Part shown: one piece after another, positions 1 to 12,715 of the stretch
Layout: the number at the start of each line of letters is the position of its first letter
Numbering within the stretch: the stretch's first letter is position 1
Translations under genes and position numbers: made by a program
Assembly (NCBI GenBank): GCA_051294375.1
Contig: CM119264.1
Location: 4,677,352 to 4,741,351 of the forward strand
DNA: 64,000 nucleotides
Source: Paraspadella gotoi
Taxonomy: Eukaryota; Animalia; Chaetognatha
Direction of reading: 5' to 3'
The notes under the pieces: model-generated
The model's input: the letters and a program-made list of their open reading frames with translations, nothing else
The model's database searches: none
Told to the model about the DNA's origin: nothing

Positions 1-264
1 TTAACTACGCGTAAACGAAGCTAACGTGAACTTGATTCAAGGAAATGTTATCTCTCTCTCTCTTCTCTCATTCTCTCATCTCTCTCTTCTCTCTCTCTCA
101 ATCTCTCTCTCCTCTCTCTTCTCATTCTCTCTACTCTCCTCTACAAATCATATCCCCCACTCGTTACATTCTTACCCTTTATTCTCTCTCCCCCTGATTC
201 TACCTCACAACCCCTCCTCCCTCTTTCCCACCTCTCCCCCTCTCTCCTCCCCCTCTCTCATCAG

Positions 265-1119
265 AGCGACGCATCCTCTCCATCATCTGTCGTCGCCGTC
301 GTCGTCTCGTCGTCGCTCCCCGCTCTTCTCATTCACCGCCTGTTGAGACTGGATCTGGTCCATCACTCACCAACAATCTATTACTAAGCGTCACTTACCT
401 CGCGGACGGCGGGGCTTGGGAGACTTCGTCCCTACCAAAGGTGAAGGAATGATGATGGAGATGATGTGTGATGAGTGGTGCATTGATGAAGATGAAGATG
501 ATGAGTGATGATGATGATGATGTGATAGATGATTAGAGATAGGATGTGTACATATGATTGATATTACATGATTTTATAGTCACCGAGTGATGATCGAATG
601 AAATTGATATATGACACATGTGTCAAATGTTCGATGCATTATACAGTGATGATGAAGATTATGGGCGACGACAACGAAGACATCGATGCGAGGATAGATG
701 ATAATTGATAGATTATGATAATCCATGCATGAATACGATGATGTCGTTAATGAAAAAAGTCGACAGATCAATGATAATGAAGTAACGTGATAATGATAAA
801 CCCAAACAACGCCATCTTCCTCTTCTCAGGCTCAACGTGCTACGAACGTCGCTCTATCAATCGTCGTCGCCGTTTTACACTGTCAACGGCCGTCATGCTG
901 ACGATGTTCGTCCTCGCTAATTTCTTCGAGGTCTTCGAGATGGGAGGCGTCGACGACGAGACGACACGGACGAACGGACGAACGGAAGACCGCTTCAAAA
1001 AGTCGCGGCGACGAGCGGGGCGGCGGCTGCTGAGCCCGCCGCGGTCCAATGTGATCGTCCGGAAGATTCGACTCTCAAAGCGAAGATCACGACTTTTATC
1101 TCACGTTCTATGGCCGTGA
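265..1119 (+). pseudogene. Frameshifted duplicate of K2P channel exons 4-5 (P2 loop, TM4, C-tail); probably error-laden redundant assembly rather than a true pseudogene
   Basis: Exons ~265-440 (...acggcggggcttgggagacttcgtccctaccaaag|gt) and 830-1119 (MLTMFVLANFFEVFEMGG) match 30051-30215 and 30630-30910 but carry multiple indels. Confidence 0.7.
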
Positions 1120-1663
1120 TTGATAAGGACGCGTTTGATAGAGAGGATGAGACGTGAGGGTGTGATTTGTGTTTTATGATAGGAGTTGGTGCAAGGAGGT
1201 TGTGATAGATATGAAGAATAGGCATGGTTGTGAATAGTAATGATGATAGTGATGGGGGTGCGAAAAGGCATGAAAAACTGCGCCGTCCCGGAGTCTGGAC
1301 CTTTCATCAGTTGACATGATACGGCCTGGAATAAACGTTAAAGCGTTGTCACTGCAACGCCTTATCGTTATCGCAACCTTATTCACAACCTTTGATGAGC
1401 GTCTGATATTTCTTACCCAATCGAACGTTTTAATTTGATTATCGTTTAATATATTAATCGCGCGAGAGAAGTTGAAAGTCTTAAATCACTTTTCAGTGAA
1501 GTCTACTCTAACTTTTCTGTTTTAAAACCCCAGTTTTTTTTTAGATATATAGAAATTTCTCACTGCATTACATTTTATACTTGCTCAAAATACAATGCCT
1601 TAAAACCTTTTATTTTTATGACGCGTCCTTTCGCAGAAACTTTTCAGAGTAGAGCTATGAGCT

Positions 1664-1819
1664 GTTTTTAGGTTGTGCGCGAGTTCTCGCTGAGCAACTT
1701 CCATAAGTCACTTTTCGGTGGTCTGCTCTAGTTCGGTCTTTATGTCTGGCCTGTCGGTCTGTCCCATAGTCACTGTTAAAATGCTCTATACTTTCATATA
1801 GTTGGCTTGCTCATTTGTT
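1664..1819 (+). mobile_element. Short Helentron/DINE-1-like non-autonomous element (second copy at 31433-31580)
   Basis: TTTTTAGTTG...CAACT palindromic 5' end, then ATAAG, a CGGT/CTGT-type microsatellite ('cggtcggtctgtc'), and an end at ...TTTGTT. This is the layout of DINE-1/HINE elements. Confidence 0.45.
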
Positions 1820-3384
1820 CACTGACAGGAAAAACACCTGAAATCGAAGGGATCTGCTTAGCGCCGCCTTCAGAAACCCTAAAACTATAAAGAAATAAAA
1901 GGCCAAATTTCGATTGCAAGCGGCAAAGAAAGTTTTTCTATGTTTTGTCATTTCTCCCCCTTTCCCCCCTCCCCCCCCTATGGGAAAAATTAAAGTCACC
2001 ATTGGAGAATCCACAGTTCTTGTTTTTTTTTTTTAATAAAGAAAGACATTTTCCTCTCTTCCAATTTTTTCAATTTCCCCCGCCCCCCGGACTTGTTTTT
2101 TGTATCGAAAACGTTTCGACTCTCTATTGGAACCGAACCTCCCATTTCCGCTCCGATCCTCTTTTGTTTTTTCTTTTACCTTTTTCCTTTTCCTCTTCTC
2201 TCTTTATCTCTCTCTTTCCTTTCTCTTACCGGCACCGTCCTTAGTTTTCCTTTTCTTTCTTTCTTATTTCCTTTTCCGCTCTCGATTTTTGGTTTTCCCT
2301 TCATGTCCTTTTCTCGATTCTTTTTTTTAGTACCTTTTATTTTATTATTTTTTTAATGATTTATGAGCGCAGCGCAAAAAGAAAACAAATGGTTTACTCA
2401 TCAGAGATCATTACACCTTTTTTAGTTATTGCAAAGCCAAAATTACTACTTGAGTCCTATAATTATCACTTTTTGCTTTTTTAAAGATTAAATCTTAAAC
2501 AATTTTAACAAACACTATAATTTGTTTCTCTTCTTATTATTTTATTATCTTTTTTCTATCAATCTGTCTATACTTCCAAAATTATATGCTCCGTCAGTTT
2601 TTGTTTCCCTCTTTTCATCCTCACAGGAAAAAGCAAGAGGTTTCGAATCTCCACTCAAAACCGCATAAAGCAACAAAGAAAGCAAAGAAGCTACAAAAAA
2701 GCCATAAAGTGCATCTTTCTTACAAAACGGCGGGAAAAAGGAAGGAAAAGAGCAATAATGTTTCCTGGCGCAAGATCTGTCTTTGGGAGAGTGATTCTGT
2801 CTGAAGCGGAGTATAGAAGCTTGGGTATCAAGACAAGGCGAGCGAATGAACTATGTAGTATTGCTATATAACAATGTGTTCTGAGAGAAAGGTCTATTGT
2901 TATTAGGAAAATAAATCAAATTAAACTACAATCAATTCTATGCATCTCGTTAATAAATATGTTTTATTATAAAATACGTCGACGAAAAAGCGTTAATAAC
3001 TTCCAGACCACAATGGCCCATCTCGCCCAATATTGCCGTTTCGTCTTCCTTTTCTCTACTTGATTCAACCGAGGGGCTGCATTCCCATGTCCTACGTTCA
3101 CATAAACTCCACCGCTGCTCCACTCCTTCTCTCGTCCAACATCACACTTAAGACGTGAGAGAGAGTGAGAGTGCAACGTCAAGTACGACGCATTAGGGAA
3201 TCATTGATAGACTTATTGAAGGTTTGAAAAAGGGTTGTTGTGTACTCTGTAGCTAAAATCGCTAGAAATCACGTTTTCAATTCGTTTACTATATTAGTAC
3301 AATAATCAAAGAATACAGGTGCTGCATTCAACAAAGCTAATAAGAATGGCTGTGAAAGTAACATGACGCGAGCAGTTAATAGTT

Positions 3385-3606
3385 CGTTGCACACAAAGGT
3401 CCCGAAATGGGCCGATCGGGTTCGTGTAGTCCAGTGTTGCAGTAAGACGCCCCGTCACGCTTTCTCATATGGAATCAGCGGCAGACGAACCCAGTCCTTT
3501 AGTTTTGGGGAGCTACGCGCCTACCCTGCCCCCGCCATAGGTTACTGCTGATCCTCGGCCGAGTAGCGGGGTTAATTGAAAATACTCCCGCCTACTTTGC
3601 ACTTTG
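3385..3606 (+). mobile_element. GC-rich structured element resembling a Nin/Deu-domain SINE (second copy at 32996-33199)
   Basis: Motif order AGGTCCC...GTAAGA.GCCCC...AGCAGGG..GA.CCCC.GTCCT recalls the Deu/Nin SINE central domain (from memory). Terminal hairpin agtagcggggtat-gaa-atactcccgctact and an ACTTT-like tail 'ctactttgcacttt'. Confidence 0.35.
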
Positions 3607-5410
3607 TGTATGACAGACGCATACGCACTGCCAAACCCTCCATGTTTAGTGTGTTCTCAGTGTGTTTACCTGTTTACCTATACGCTCCCTTCTTCAACAC
3701 CAATTTGAATATTGAATCGTATAAATACTGTAAACTCAGCGTTATGAACGTTCGCTACACGACTCTTCACTTAACCTAGCTCGCATTTCGCCATAGGTTT
3801 TGGCTGGAACGGGCTTTTTTTTGCTTATGACCTCAGAATTAAGCAGCGAACCCCTTGCACCAGACCGATCAGCAGCAATATCCAGCGCCCATGGACTGCC
3901 AAGATCACGTTTGACAGCAATGGCGGCGACGACGAACGACGACAGAGGACGACGGAGCGACGACGACGACGACGACGACACAGACGAGAACTCCGCGAAG
4001 AAAAAAAGAGCAATAACATGATCACGTTATAATTCGCGAGTGAAACGATCAAACCAAAAGAAGGACGTAATCTAAAACGAGGCGGACGACGACCAGAACG
4101 ACGACGACGCGGCACAGTGAATTCGGTGATTCTGCTCCACAGCTGGAAACTATTTTTGAGGCTTTTTTGCGGGTTACAATTATTTGAACATTGTGTGTTT
4201 TTATGAACTTTGTCTTTTTCTTTCAAACATAAATCAAGTGAAAAACTTCAAAACTTTCAAATCTCAACTGATTCTAAAGGTGCCCAAAGTTACAAGAGAA
4301 AATACTACGTAAAAGAAAACTAATAGAAAATCATGAAAAATTTCCTATTTGAGGATTATTAATTATTTTTTTTAAGTCTCTTTGTATTTTTTTTTTTTGT
4401 TTTGTTTGTTATAAGTACGATTGGTCTAGTCTGCAACATCGCAAACGTTACTCGATTTGTGCGTGCGTGGGAGTCGAGTGGTAGCTAAATAGATCACATG
4501 GTTTTTTTTTCTCTCCCTAGATTCGTGGATTCGTCGAATGGGATGAAGAGTTATTAAATCGGCGCAGACTCAAGATCGCGTTTGGACTGATGAGAAACAG
4601 AAACACCACTTTTTTTCTCTTTCTTTCATTTTTTTCTCTTCCTTCTTTTTTTATGTTTTTTTTTTCGTTTTATTACTTTTTTTTTGAATTTTCCCCCGCC
4701 TCTAGTGGAAGTAGAAACTCGTTTTTTTCTTCGCTTCTCAACATTTTGGATTATTTTATAGAGGAAAAAACCCAAAATATGGCAGCAAAACGATTTTTAA
4801 AACTCCGAAAAACGCAGGTGGAATGAAACCATTTTTATTCGGATTTATGCAATTTGTGATTAATTTTTTTTGTCACGTTAAACTAAAGTGTGGAATTATT
4901 TTCGAACATGCAAAATGTGCATGATACATGCACAATGACTTTAGATTTTCATCCCAATTATTGTACTCCTGGCGTTTAGGTCATTGACTTTACTAGTAAT
5001 TGACACATTATGGCAGAAGAAAGCGATGTGTCAAGCCTAAGATCTTTTTCGGAGTTTTTAATGTATTTAATGTGATATAATGTGGTTTTTATTTTATATC
5101 GATTTCTTCGTCGTAAAGAATATTGTAATATAAACGTAGTTTTTCGAGGTTTCAAATGAAAAATAAAAGAAGTTTTTTTTTCTCCTTGCAGACGTTTAAT
5201 CTTGTTAATTTACATTATCAGAAATTAAAAAGAATAGCCAAGATTATAACAAAAACTTGATAATAAAACCGAAACCGATATTTAGTCGGCAAACAGCAGG
5301 CCCGCGGCTACAACGAGTACAACGAAAGCGATGGACTAATGGGTTGGTTTTTTAAATCGAAGTTAATAGTGAATAAAGTTCGCCGCATCTGTTTTCACAT
5401 CGGAAATTAT

Positions 5411-6160
5411 TTTTTTTTAGTCGATTGCTTATTAGGCAGATCCCGACTCTAATAATCAGCTTTGGTCTGTCCGTTGCCCCATCATATTCTCGGAACATAC
5501 TTATTATCACTGTCAGGAATTGAATTATGATAAATTAATGCAAAAAAAACTACGTCCGTTCGTCCGTACCGTATCCGTCCATCCCTCTGTCCGTCCATCC
5601 TCCCGTCTGTCGTCACCTTAGCAAAAATACACCATTAACTCGTCGATTGGATGGCATGGATTGGACATGAAATTTGTGTGTGGGTAGGAAGTGTGTGATT
5701 AGCTGAATATGAAAGTATTCGATGGAATCGGCCAAGTGAAAAAAAGTTTAAATGAGAAAAAACAAAAAAATTAATTTCACTATTTTGGAATACCAATTAC
5801 TCATGATGATGGGCGATTACCTGAAATTATATTATGTTGGGTAAGGAAAGTGTGTGATTTGGGCTGGATCAAGTTTCGGATGAAATCGTTTGAGTGGAAA
5901 TGAGTTTAATGGAAAAAACAAAAAACTGTTTCAATAATTGATTAATGCTTATTTTTTTCCTTTTTATATTAAATGGTAAATGCAAGATGTAATTAATTAT
6001 CAGTATTAATCAATTCGTCAATCTAATTTAATCAAGTAAATAATTAATACAGTCAATGCATCACAAATATTTCGGATCAAAAAAATTATCAAATTAATTA
6101 AATTAATTACCGAAATAATGATTCGTTGGCAGAATCCGACATTGCTTTGCTCAACTTGTT
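5411..6160 (+). mobile_element. Helentron-associated (DINE-1/HINE-like) non-autonomous element, ~730 bp
   Basis: Same element as 34921-35646: 5' palindromic subTIR, (CCGT)n microsatellite, 3' subTIR 'gcagaatccgac', end CTTGTT. Confidence 0.55.
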
Positions 6161-7240
6161 AATCTACTTATTTTAATACGTGACTTTTTTTTTAATCTTT
6201 GTAAATGACATGTGATCTAATGAATAATGAGATGATGAGACGCTTCATTCTCTCTTTTTGATCTTTGAAGAGGGAAGATTTTTGTTCTTAAACTTTTAAA
6301 ATTGTTAATCGAACTCAACAATGAATTTCTCATTGTTGAACATTACAAATATTTAATGATAAATTTTTTTTAAACTCAAATTGTCGGTTTTCGAACTTAC
6401 GATTACGACTGTACCTTCGAATCTGTCAAAAATTTTTTTCGATACTTATCTCAATAAATTTTCCGTCAAAATGTCCTTTATGTCTCGATCGTTGCGGCCG
6501 TATTTTTATGAGGCGGGAAGAAAATGGAAGTTATAAAAAACAAGCGCTTCAGAAACATTATTAATATAAAGAATATACTTAATGAAACATATTCCGTGCT
6601 ATTTAATGTTTCAATGGTAAGTTAGGAAATAAATAGGGTAAAATGTGATCTTTCCGAACCAAATTCAAGAAATATAGTAAAAAACAACCTAGGCGATTTC
6701 GACTGGATGATAAATCAAGAACATGGGCGGAATATGGAAAAAAGAACGTGTCATTGTTTTACCTCTAAACTTTTAAATTTAAAATTTTTTTCTGTTCGAA
6801 TGCCTCTGGAAATTGTTATTTCCGATGACGTCCTTTTAACTTTTTATTTATATCTTATTCATGAAACAGGAGAGTTGTTTCAGCGTGTTGGAGCTTCAGC
6901 GGATTCTTCTTACCCCTCTGTTTAAGTACACGTTTTCTTATCAATATTTACTACGAAATAAAAACGACAAGTACTTTGTCTCGCGACATCTTTTAAGATG
7001 AAAACGATGCAAAAAATTCGCTAACTCCGAATATTATCGTTTTTTAAAATTAGTTTTTCAAAAACAAGCGAATCTAAAAAACTTGAAAAAGAATCATTTT
7101 GCGGCTTTGATTTCCCAAAAAGTTTCCAAACTTGCAGGAGAAGAGTCAATCAGGACGGTTTTCTTTTTAATCTTTCTTTTTCACTGTGAAAAATTAATTT
7201 ATCTCGTGACACTGAAAAAAGATTCAGAAAAAATCTGCAG

Positions 7241-8019
7241 ATAAAAATGGCAGAATTTCTCCAATGAAAGAAATCGTGAAAAAGGAAGAACTAAGTCGGA
7301 TCCTACTGGCCGGGTCAGTTCCAGGTTGTGATAATAGATGTTATTCGTGATCCCAATATTTTATGATACAAATAAATTTTCTCATTTAGCAAGTAGAATT
7401 TATTTTACGTATATCGCGTTTTCTGCTAGTTTGACTAAAAAATATTATATCTTATGTAATGTGGATTAAAGACCGCAAAAATTATTCTAACGCTGCAAAC
7501 GAATTCCGCACTTTTGGTAGATAAAATCTTTTACTATTTTCAAAACGACAAATATTTTTATATATTCTGGAGATTTTACAGTTTTGACTATTTTAATAGT
7601 TGCAATATATGTGGCATTTTGGCATTTTTATGGGTGAAAAACTCTTGATACAAATTTTTTTTTTTTTTTTACATTTTTTTAATATTTTTTGGCCATAAAA
7701 TGAATGTGGCTCGACAGTTTTTTTCAATTAGAAATTTCGCAAGTTACAATTTCCTTAATAAACTACTAAATCATTACATGATCTTTATTCCGCCAGAAGA
7801 TAATCGTGTGAGATTCCTCATATATTACAGGGTGCAAACCTAAGAAGTTTTCGGCTCCGAACTTCCAATTGGTCGGACACACTGTATTACATCCCCGTAA
7901 TGGCGAGATTGTCGGACGCTTCCTCCAAAGATCTGGTCTTCCTGTGGAAGGTGAACGCCAATTCATCTCTCTCTCTCTCCACTCATCCTCCTGCCTAGTC
8001 TCGTCCTCGTCTCTTCTCT

Positions 8020-8060
<41 letters not shown>

Positions 8061-8191
8061 CCTCTCTCTCTCTCTCATTTCCCTCTCCCCATCTTATTCC
8101 TTTCCCAAATCACTGCTCTCCTCTCTCTCTCTCTCTCTCTCATTTCCCATCCTCCCATCTCATTCCTTTCCCAATCACACAGCCTCGCCTC

Positions 8192-8245
<54 letters not shown>

Positions 8246-8390
8246 GTCATTTCCCATCTCGTTCATTTCCCCAAATCTCAGCGAATCGACGAAGCGACGA
8301 CGACGAAGATGACGATGCGACATAAACGGCCAAAAGTGACGCCCGCCGTCAAACGATGCAAACTCTCGACTGACAATCCTTCTTTAACTG
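7241..8390 (+). pseudogene. Truncated, frameshifted duplicate of the first three recognisable PDE4 exons
   Basis: Matches exons at 36685-36754, 37262-37378 and 37666-37774 with indels, and stops at the N-gap at 8422. Confidence 0.7.
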
Positions 8391-8984
8391 GTGAGCTTCG
8401 GTGTTGATGTTTGGAATTTTTNNNNNNNNNNNNNNNNNNNNNNNNNAAAGTCCCTCTGAATCTCAATTAGGGTCCCTTAAAGACTTAGATCTTACCCCCT
8501 TTCTCTCTTTAACAAGGCTTTTCCATTTTCACCTCCTTACTCCTTTTAGAGTCAATCTATTAATCCGTTCGTTTCCCTTCATCATACATTCCATTCATCA
8601 TATATAACAGCAATCGATCTCGTCTATCTATCCCGTTATATGGAAATTATGAATCCATCTTGTGACTTCGTTCCATTTATTATTAATTTAGTTATACATC
8701 GATCATCGGTCTGTTTTCGTGTATTCTTTTTAACAAATATTTAATTCATCATTCCCATCTGCTGCCGTTCATCCATTTTTATCCGTTTATCATTCATCTA
8801 TCTGTCCGTCTATCATTCCATTCCGTCAAAACAATCCGTCAACTCTATTCCATTTTTCGCGTACATCAAATCCATCCCTTTCATTCTCTCTCTCCTTTTT
8901 ATTCCTTTCAAACTCACCCACCCCCCCTAAATACCCCCTAATTACTCCCCCCTTCTATTCCCAATCAGAGCGAAAAAAAAAACG

Positions 8985-11751
8985 ATGTTCGTTTCAACCT
9001 TCGACAACCGAGCGACCGACGACGACTGATGGCACGACGTTGGGCAACGGCGACGACGGCTGCGGGCTCCGGCGGCGGCGGGCTGGCGGCGATCTCCGGC
9101 GTGGAAAAGGCGTGGATGGATAAGAACACGGCGCTAACTTTCTGCAGGCATCCTTTACGCTCGATCTCACCCTGTTATCTGGTGAGGGAAGAGAGGGAGG
9201 GGAAAAAGGGAGAGGAATGGGGAGAGGCGAGGGACGGGCAATTGGTAGGAGCAAGTGGTTCAAAGTGCGCGAAGGTCGAAAGGTTCGGAGTCTCGTCTTT
9301 TGTGTTTTTTTTCTTTTTTTTTTTTTTTTTGCCGTCGATTGATGAGGGTTAAAAGCCGGAAGGTGGAGGGGCCGGGGTTAGATGAGGCTGAAGAGAAGAA
9401 AAGAGAAAACACTTTTGTGATTCCTTGTCTCGTTTTTCAACGGAATCGCTCTCTCTCTCTTCTCTCTCTCTCTCATCTCTCTCTCCTTCCTTGATTTCCC
9501 ACGTTCTCCGGCCTCCCGCCGAGCACATTCGGCTCTCTTACTCTGATCCCAACTTCACTCACTCTCCCTCACTCTCCCCTCATTCTACCTTTTCTCGAAA
9601 CCTTACCAAGTTTTCCACCATTTCTCTCAACCGAAGACAAGAGGATCATCGAAAATTAAAAAAAATTAAAGAAACAAAAACACAACGAAAACTATTTTCG
9701 TTTTCCCAAAAGCAAAAACAAACGAGGCATAGGAAAAACAAGTTCGGACACGTAGAGTCGGACGTACAGACCCAGGGGTTCCATACTTTTTGCCCCACTA
9801 TCCGTGAGCACTGAAAATTTAACAACTTAACAATTAAGAATCATTTTAAAATAATGGCGAATATGATTTCCTCCAGTTTGCCATTTCTCTTCCTGCGGGA
9901 TTCTCGGTATTAACGGCTCATTCGCTATGTTCGCATACTTACGGAGTCGGGCATTGCCGCCAAAGTCACCCCGGCCTATAAACAATTACTCGTTAGCTCT
10001 ATTGAGTTAAAGGACAACTCCCTCATGACCATTTAGATAAAAGGAAACGATTCCCCACACTACTCTTCCCCGCCGCCGAGGACGCGCCCGTAAACCACCA
10101 TCGAAAACCCCCCCAAGCCAGGATTCCAAGCCCAGGACACCTGTTATTTGCTGCCGAGGGGTACACATGATTACGGTAGTAGTTTAGCGCCTTTAAAATC
10201 CACACTGTCGCCCAAAACGCCTTCTCTAAAATTTCAATTTTTCTTTCTTCCTTATTGCACTTTTTCTGTCTCTCTGTTCTCTCCCCTTCTCTGTCTCTCT
10301 GTTCTCCGTCCCCCTTTCTCTTCTCTCTGTTCTCCTTTCCCCTTTTCTCTGGTTTCTCTGTTCTCTTCCCCCTTTATCTGTCTCTCGTTTCTCCTTCCCC
10401 TTTCTCTGTCTTCTGTTCTTCCTTCCTCTTTTCTCTGTCTCTCTGTTCTCCTTCCCCTTTTCTCTGTCTCTCTGTTCTCCTTCCTTCTTTCTCTGTCTCT
10501 CTGTTCTCCTTTCCTGCTTTTCTCTTGTCTCTCTGTTCTCCTTTCCCCTTTCTCTTAGTTTCTCTGTTCTCCCCCTTTTCTCTGTCTCTCTGCTCCTTCC
10601 CCTATTCTCTGTCTCTGTTCTTCCTTTCCTGCTTTCTCTTGTCTCTCTGTCTCCTTCCCCTTCTCTGTCTCTCTGTTCCTTCCTTCCCCCTTTTCTCTGT
10701 TTCTCTGATTCCCTTCCCCTTTTCTTCTGTTTCTCTGTTTCTCCTCTCCCCTTTTTCTCTGTCTCTCTGTTCTTCTCCCCGTTTCCTCTGTTCTCTGTTC
10801 TTCCTTCCCCTTTTCTCTGTTTTTCTGTTCTCCCTCTCCCCTTTTCTCTCTCTGTTCTCCGTTCCCCTTTTTCCTGTCTCTCTGTTCTCTCTTCCCTCGT
10901 TTCCTTAATGTCTTCTACCTCTCAAACCATTTCCCTCCCCCGCCCCCGCCCCCCTTGACGCAGGTATCCTCCTCAAACTTCTTTCATGTACGCCGAGGAT
11001 CCGGTCGCCCACTCGGAGACCGAGTCCCACAATCCCTTACTCGGCAACGTCGTTCTCCATGAATGTAGGACAAGTGATCCGGCCAATCTCTACTCGGCGC
11101 TCAGGTCTTCATGTGGATCTTTGCGGATCGCTGCTCAGGGATGGTGCGATTGGGGGGAAATTCGTCTGGCATCAGTTGGCTGTTTCGTGAGGTGGCGGAC
11201 AAGCGATTAATTAATCAACGATCTATCCAATTTATATTCAATCAACGATAATTTGTCAGTTAATTAATTCTTTTCAAACAACCAATATATCATTATCCAT
11301 TGGGCAATCTCTATATTGGTTAACTAAAAAAAAACATTTTAAAAAAAATAAAGGTCAAACAAGGTAAATCTATCTATAACAAAATAAACCAATTTAAAAA
11401 CTTAGTCAATACGGACTCAATCTTCATTTGACAGCTTTAGGCAAAACAATCAAGCGAGCAACCCAAACAATCAATCCGCCACTCCCCTTTCTTAATCCCC
11501 AGAGCACCGCCTCCGGCTGCACATGGCTTCGGGAAGATCGGGTTCCTGGATGGTGATGTATTCTCAACAATCTGATGATCTTCATAACTTCCCTTCTGTA
11601 AAACCTTTGCCTTCAGATGGAAACGGGAAGTGACTTGAGCGATTAACTTCATCAAAGTTACGATATGGGTGAGTCTCGATGTTAAAGTGGAGAGAGAGAG
11701 AGAGAGAGAGAGGAGACGTGAGAGAGGAGAGAGTGAGAGAGAGAGAGAGAG

Positions 11752-11788
<37 letters not shown>

Positions 11789-12353
11789 TAAAGGGATGAT
11801 GAAGAGATAGAGACACGTCATTAAGTAATTTTCTAATTATAATCGATCCAAACTTGTCCAAATGATATTTTAATTGTATTCTCTAATATGATCAGTCGTA
11901 ATATACCCAACAAAAAGACCACGAAGGTATCTCTATCTTATGTCTTAAAAACATACGAAGAACGTAAATATGCTATGATTTTCCTCCGTTTTCTTTCTTT
12001 CCCTGTCAACTCGAGAGGATTTTTTTAATTCCCTTTGTCTCTTGTCATTTTCTTTATCATCTCAACGATTTCTTTGTCTCTCTCTCTCAGTCTTGCACTT
12101 TTAGCTCCCCCCCACTTCCTCCACCTCCCCCCACCACACCCCGGTTGAACCCCCTCGCCAGGCATCTTTGAACTTCCAACCTTCCTCAAGATGGCCGCCT
12201 GCGGAACTGGGTGGGGACTTCTTCACGGCCTGGATGGTCTCGGACATTGATGCTGCAAGAGCGCCTACCTTCTACCCCAGTGCGTACCCACCGAGAAAGT
12301 ATTTGGCGAAATCATCCCAGGGTGCGAATCACCCTCTTTTGGAGTTTCGGTGA
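8985..12353 (+). CDS. Probable spliced gene with frameshift errors; tentative UQCC1/Cbp3-like complex III assembly factor
   Basis: Candidate exons ~8985-9181, 10964-~11190, ~11435-11668 and ~12161-12353 with AG/GT ends. After small indel correction exon 2 reads LHVWIFADRLLRDGAIGGKFVWHQL, resembling UQCC1 LHVWMCLVRMKQEGRSGKY. The Arg/Ala-rich N-terminus resembles a mitochondrial presequence. Confidence 0.35.
10260..10900. repeat. Pyrimidine-rich minisatellite, ~27-30 bp unit (ctgtctctctgttctccttcccctttt), about 20 copies, intronic
   Basis: Unit 'ctgtctctctgttctcc' recurs at regular spacing through 10260-10900. Confidence 0.85.
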
Positions 12354-12715
12354 GGAATGGAAAAGGGTGCACCCGGGTGGTGGGTAATTCGGGTTGGTTG
12401 AAAAACTTTGAAGGAAAGTGAAAACAATGTGAAAAATAGATAAAGAAGAAAACAGCTTTAATTTTTTAAATAAAAGTTTGGATATCAGGAATAGATATAT
12501 GTATGATTGTATGTATTCATTGTGGCAATTTTCCTTAAAAAACCAAGTACTGATTGTTTATGTCCAACATCTATTGTAAACAATGTATTTACTTTGTCGT
12601 AATTCTTTCCGTCGCCGATCATCTCCACCCCATCTCGATGCCCCCATTCAATCCCCATCTTCCACCCCCATTCCACCCCCATCTCTACCCCCATCTCCAC
12701 CCCGTCCACCCCCAG

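Larger units (their letters stand above)
7..8421. repeat. Segment Y: redundant copy of 29810-37805 (3' half of K2P gene through 5' exons of PDE4), ending at an N-gap
   Basis: Colinear near-identity, e.g. 'tacgcgtaaac...gtgaacttgattcaaggaaatgtt' at 7 and 29810, and 'ctttaactggtgagcttcggtgttgatgtt' near 8382 vs 37767. Differences are mostly 1-2 bp indels. Confidence 0.92.

Noticed and set aside
4585-4606. Hammerhead-like CTGATGA...GAAAC (also at 34126)
   Set aside because: Intervening 'gaaaca' cannot form stem II, and no convincing stems I/III are present.
9934-9960. U1 snRNA-like start ATACTTAC
   Set aside because: Not followed by CTGG or U1 stem-loops/Sm site; better read as a reverse-strand donor motif.
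10148-10908. 136-aa and 217-aa hydrophobic ORFs
   Set aside because: Translations of a pyrimidine minisatellite.
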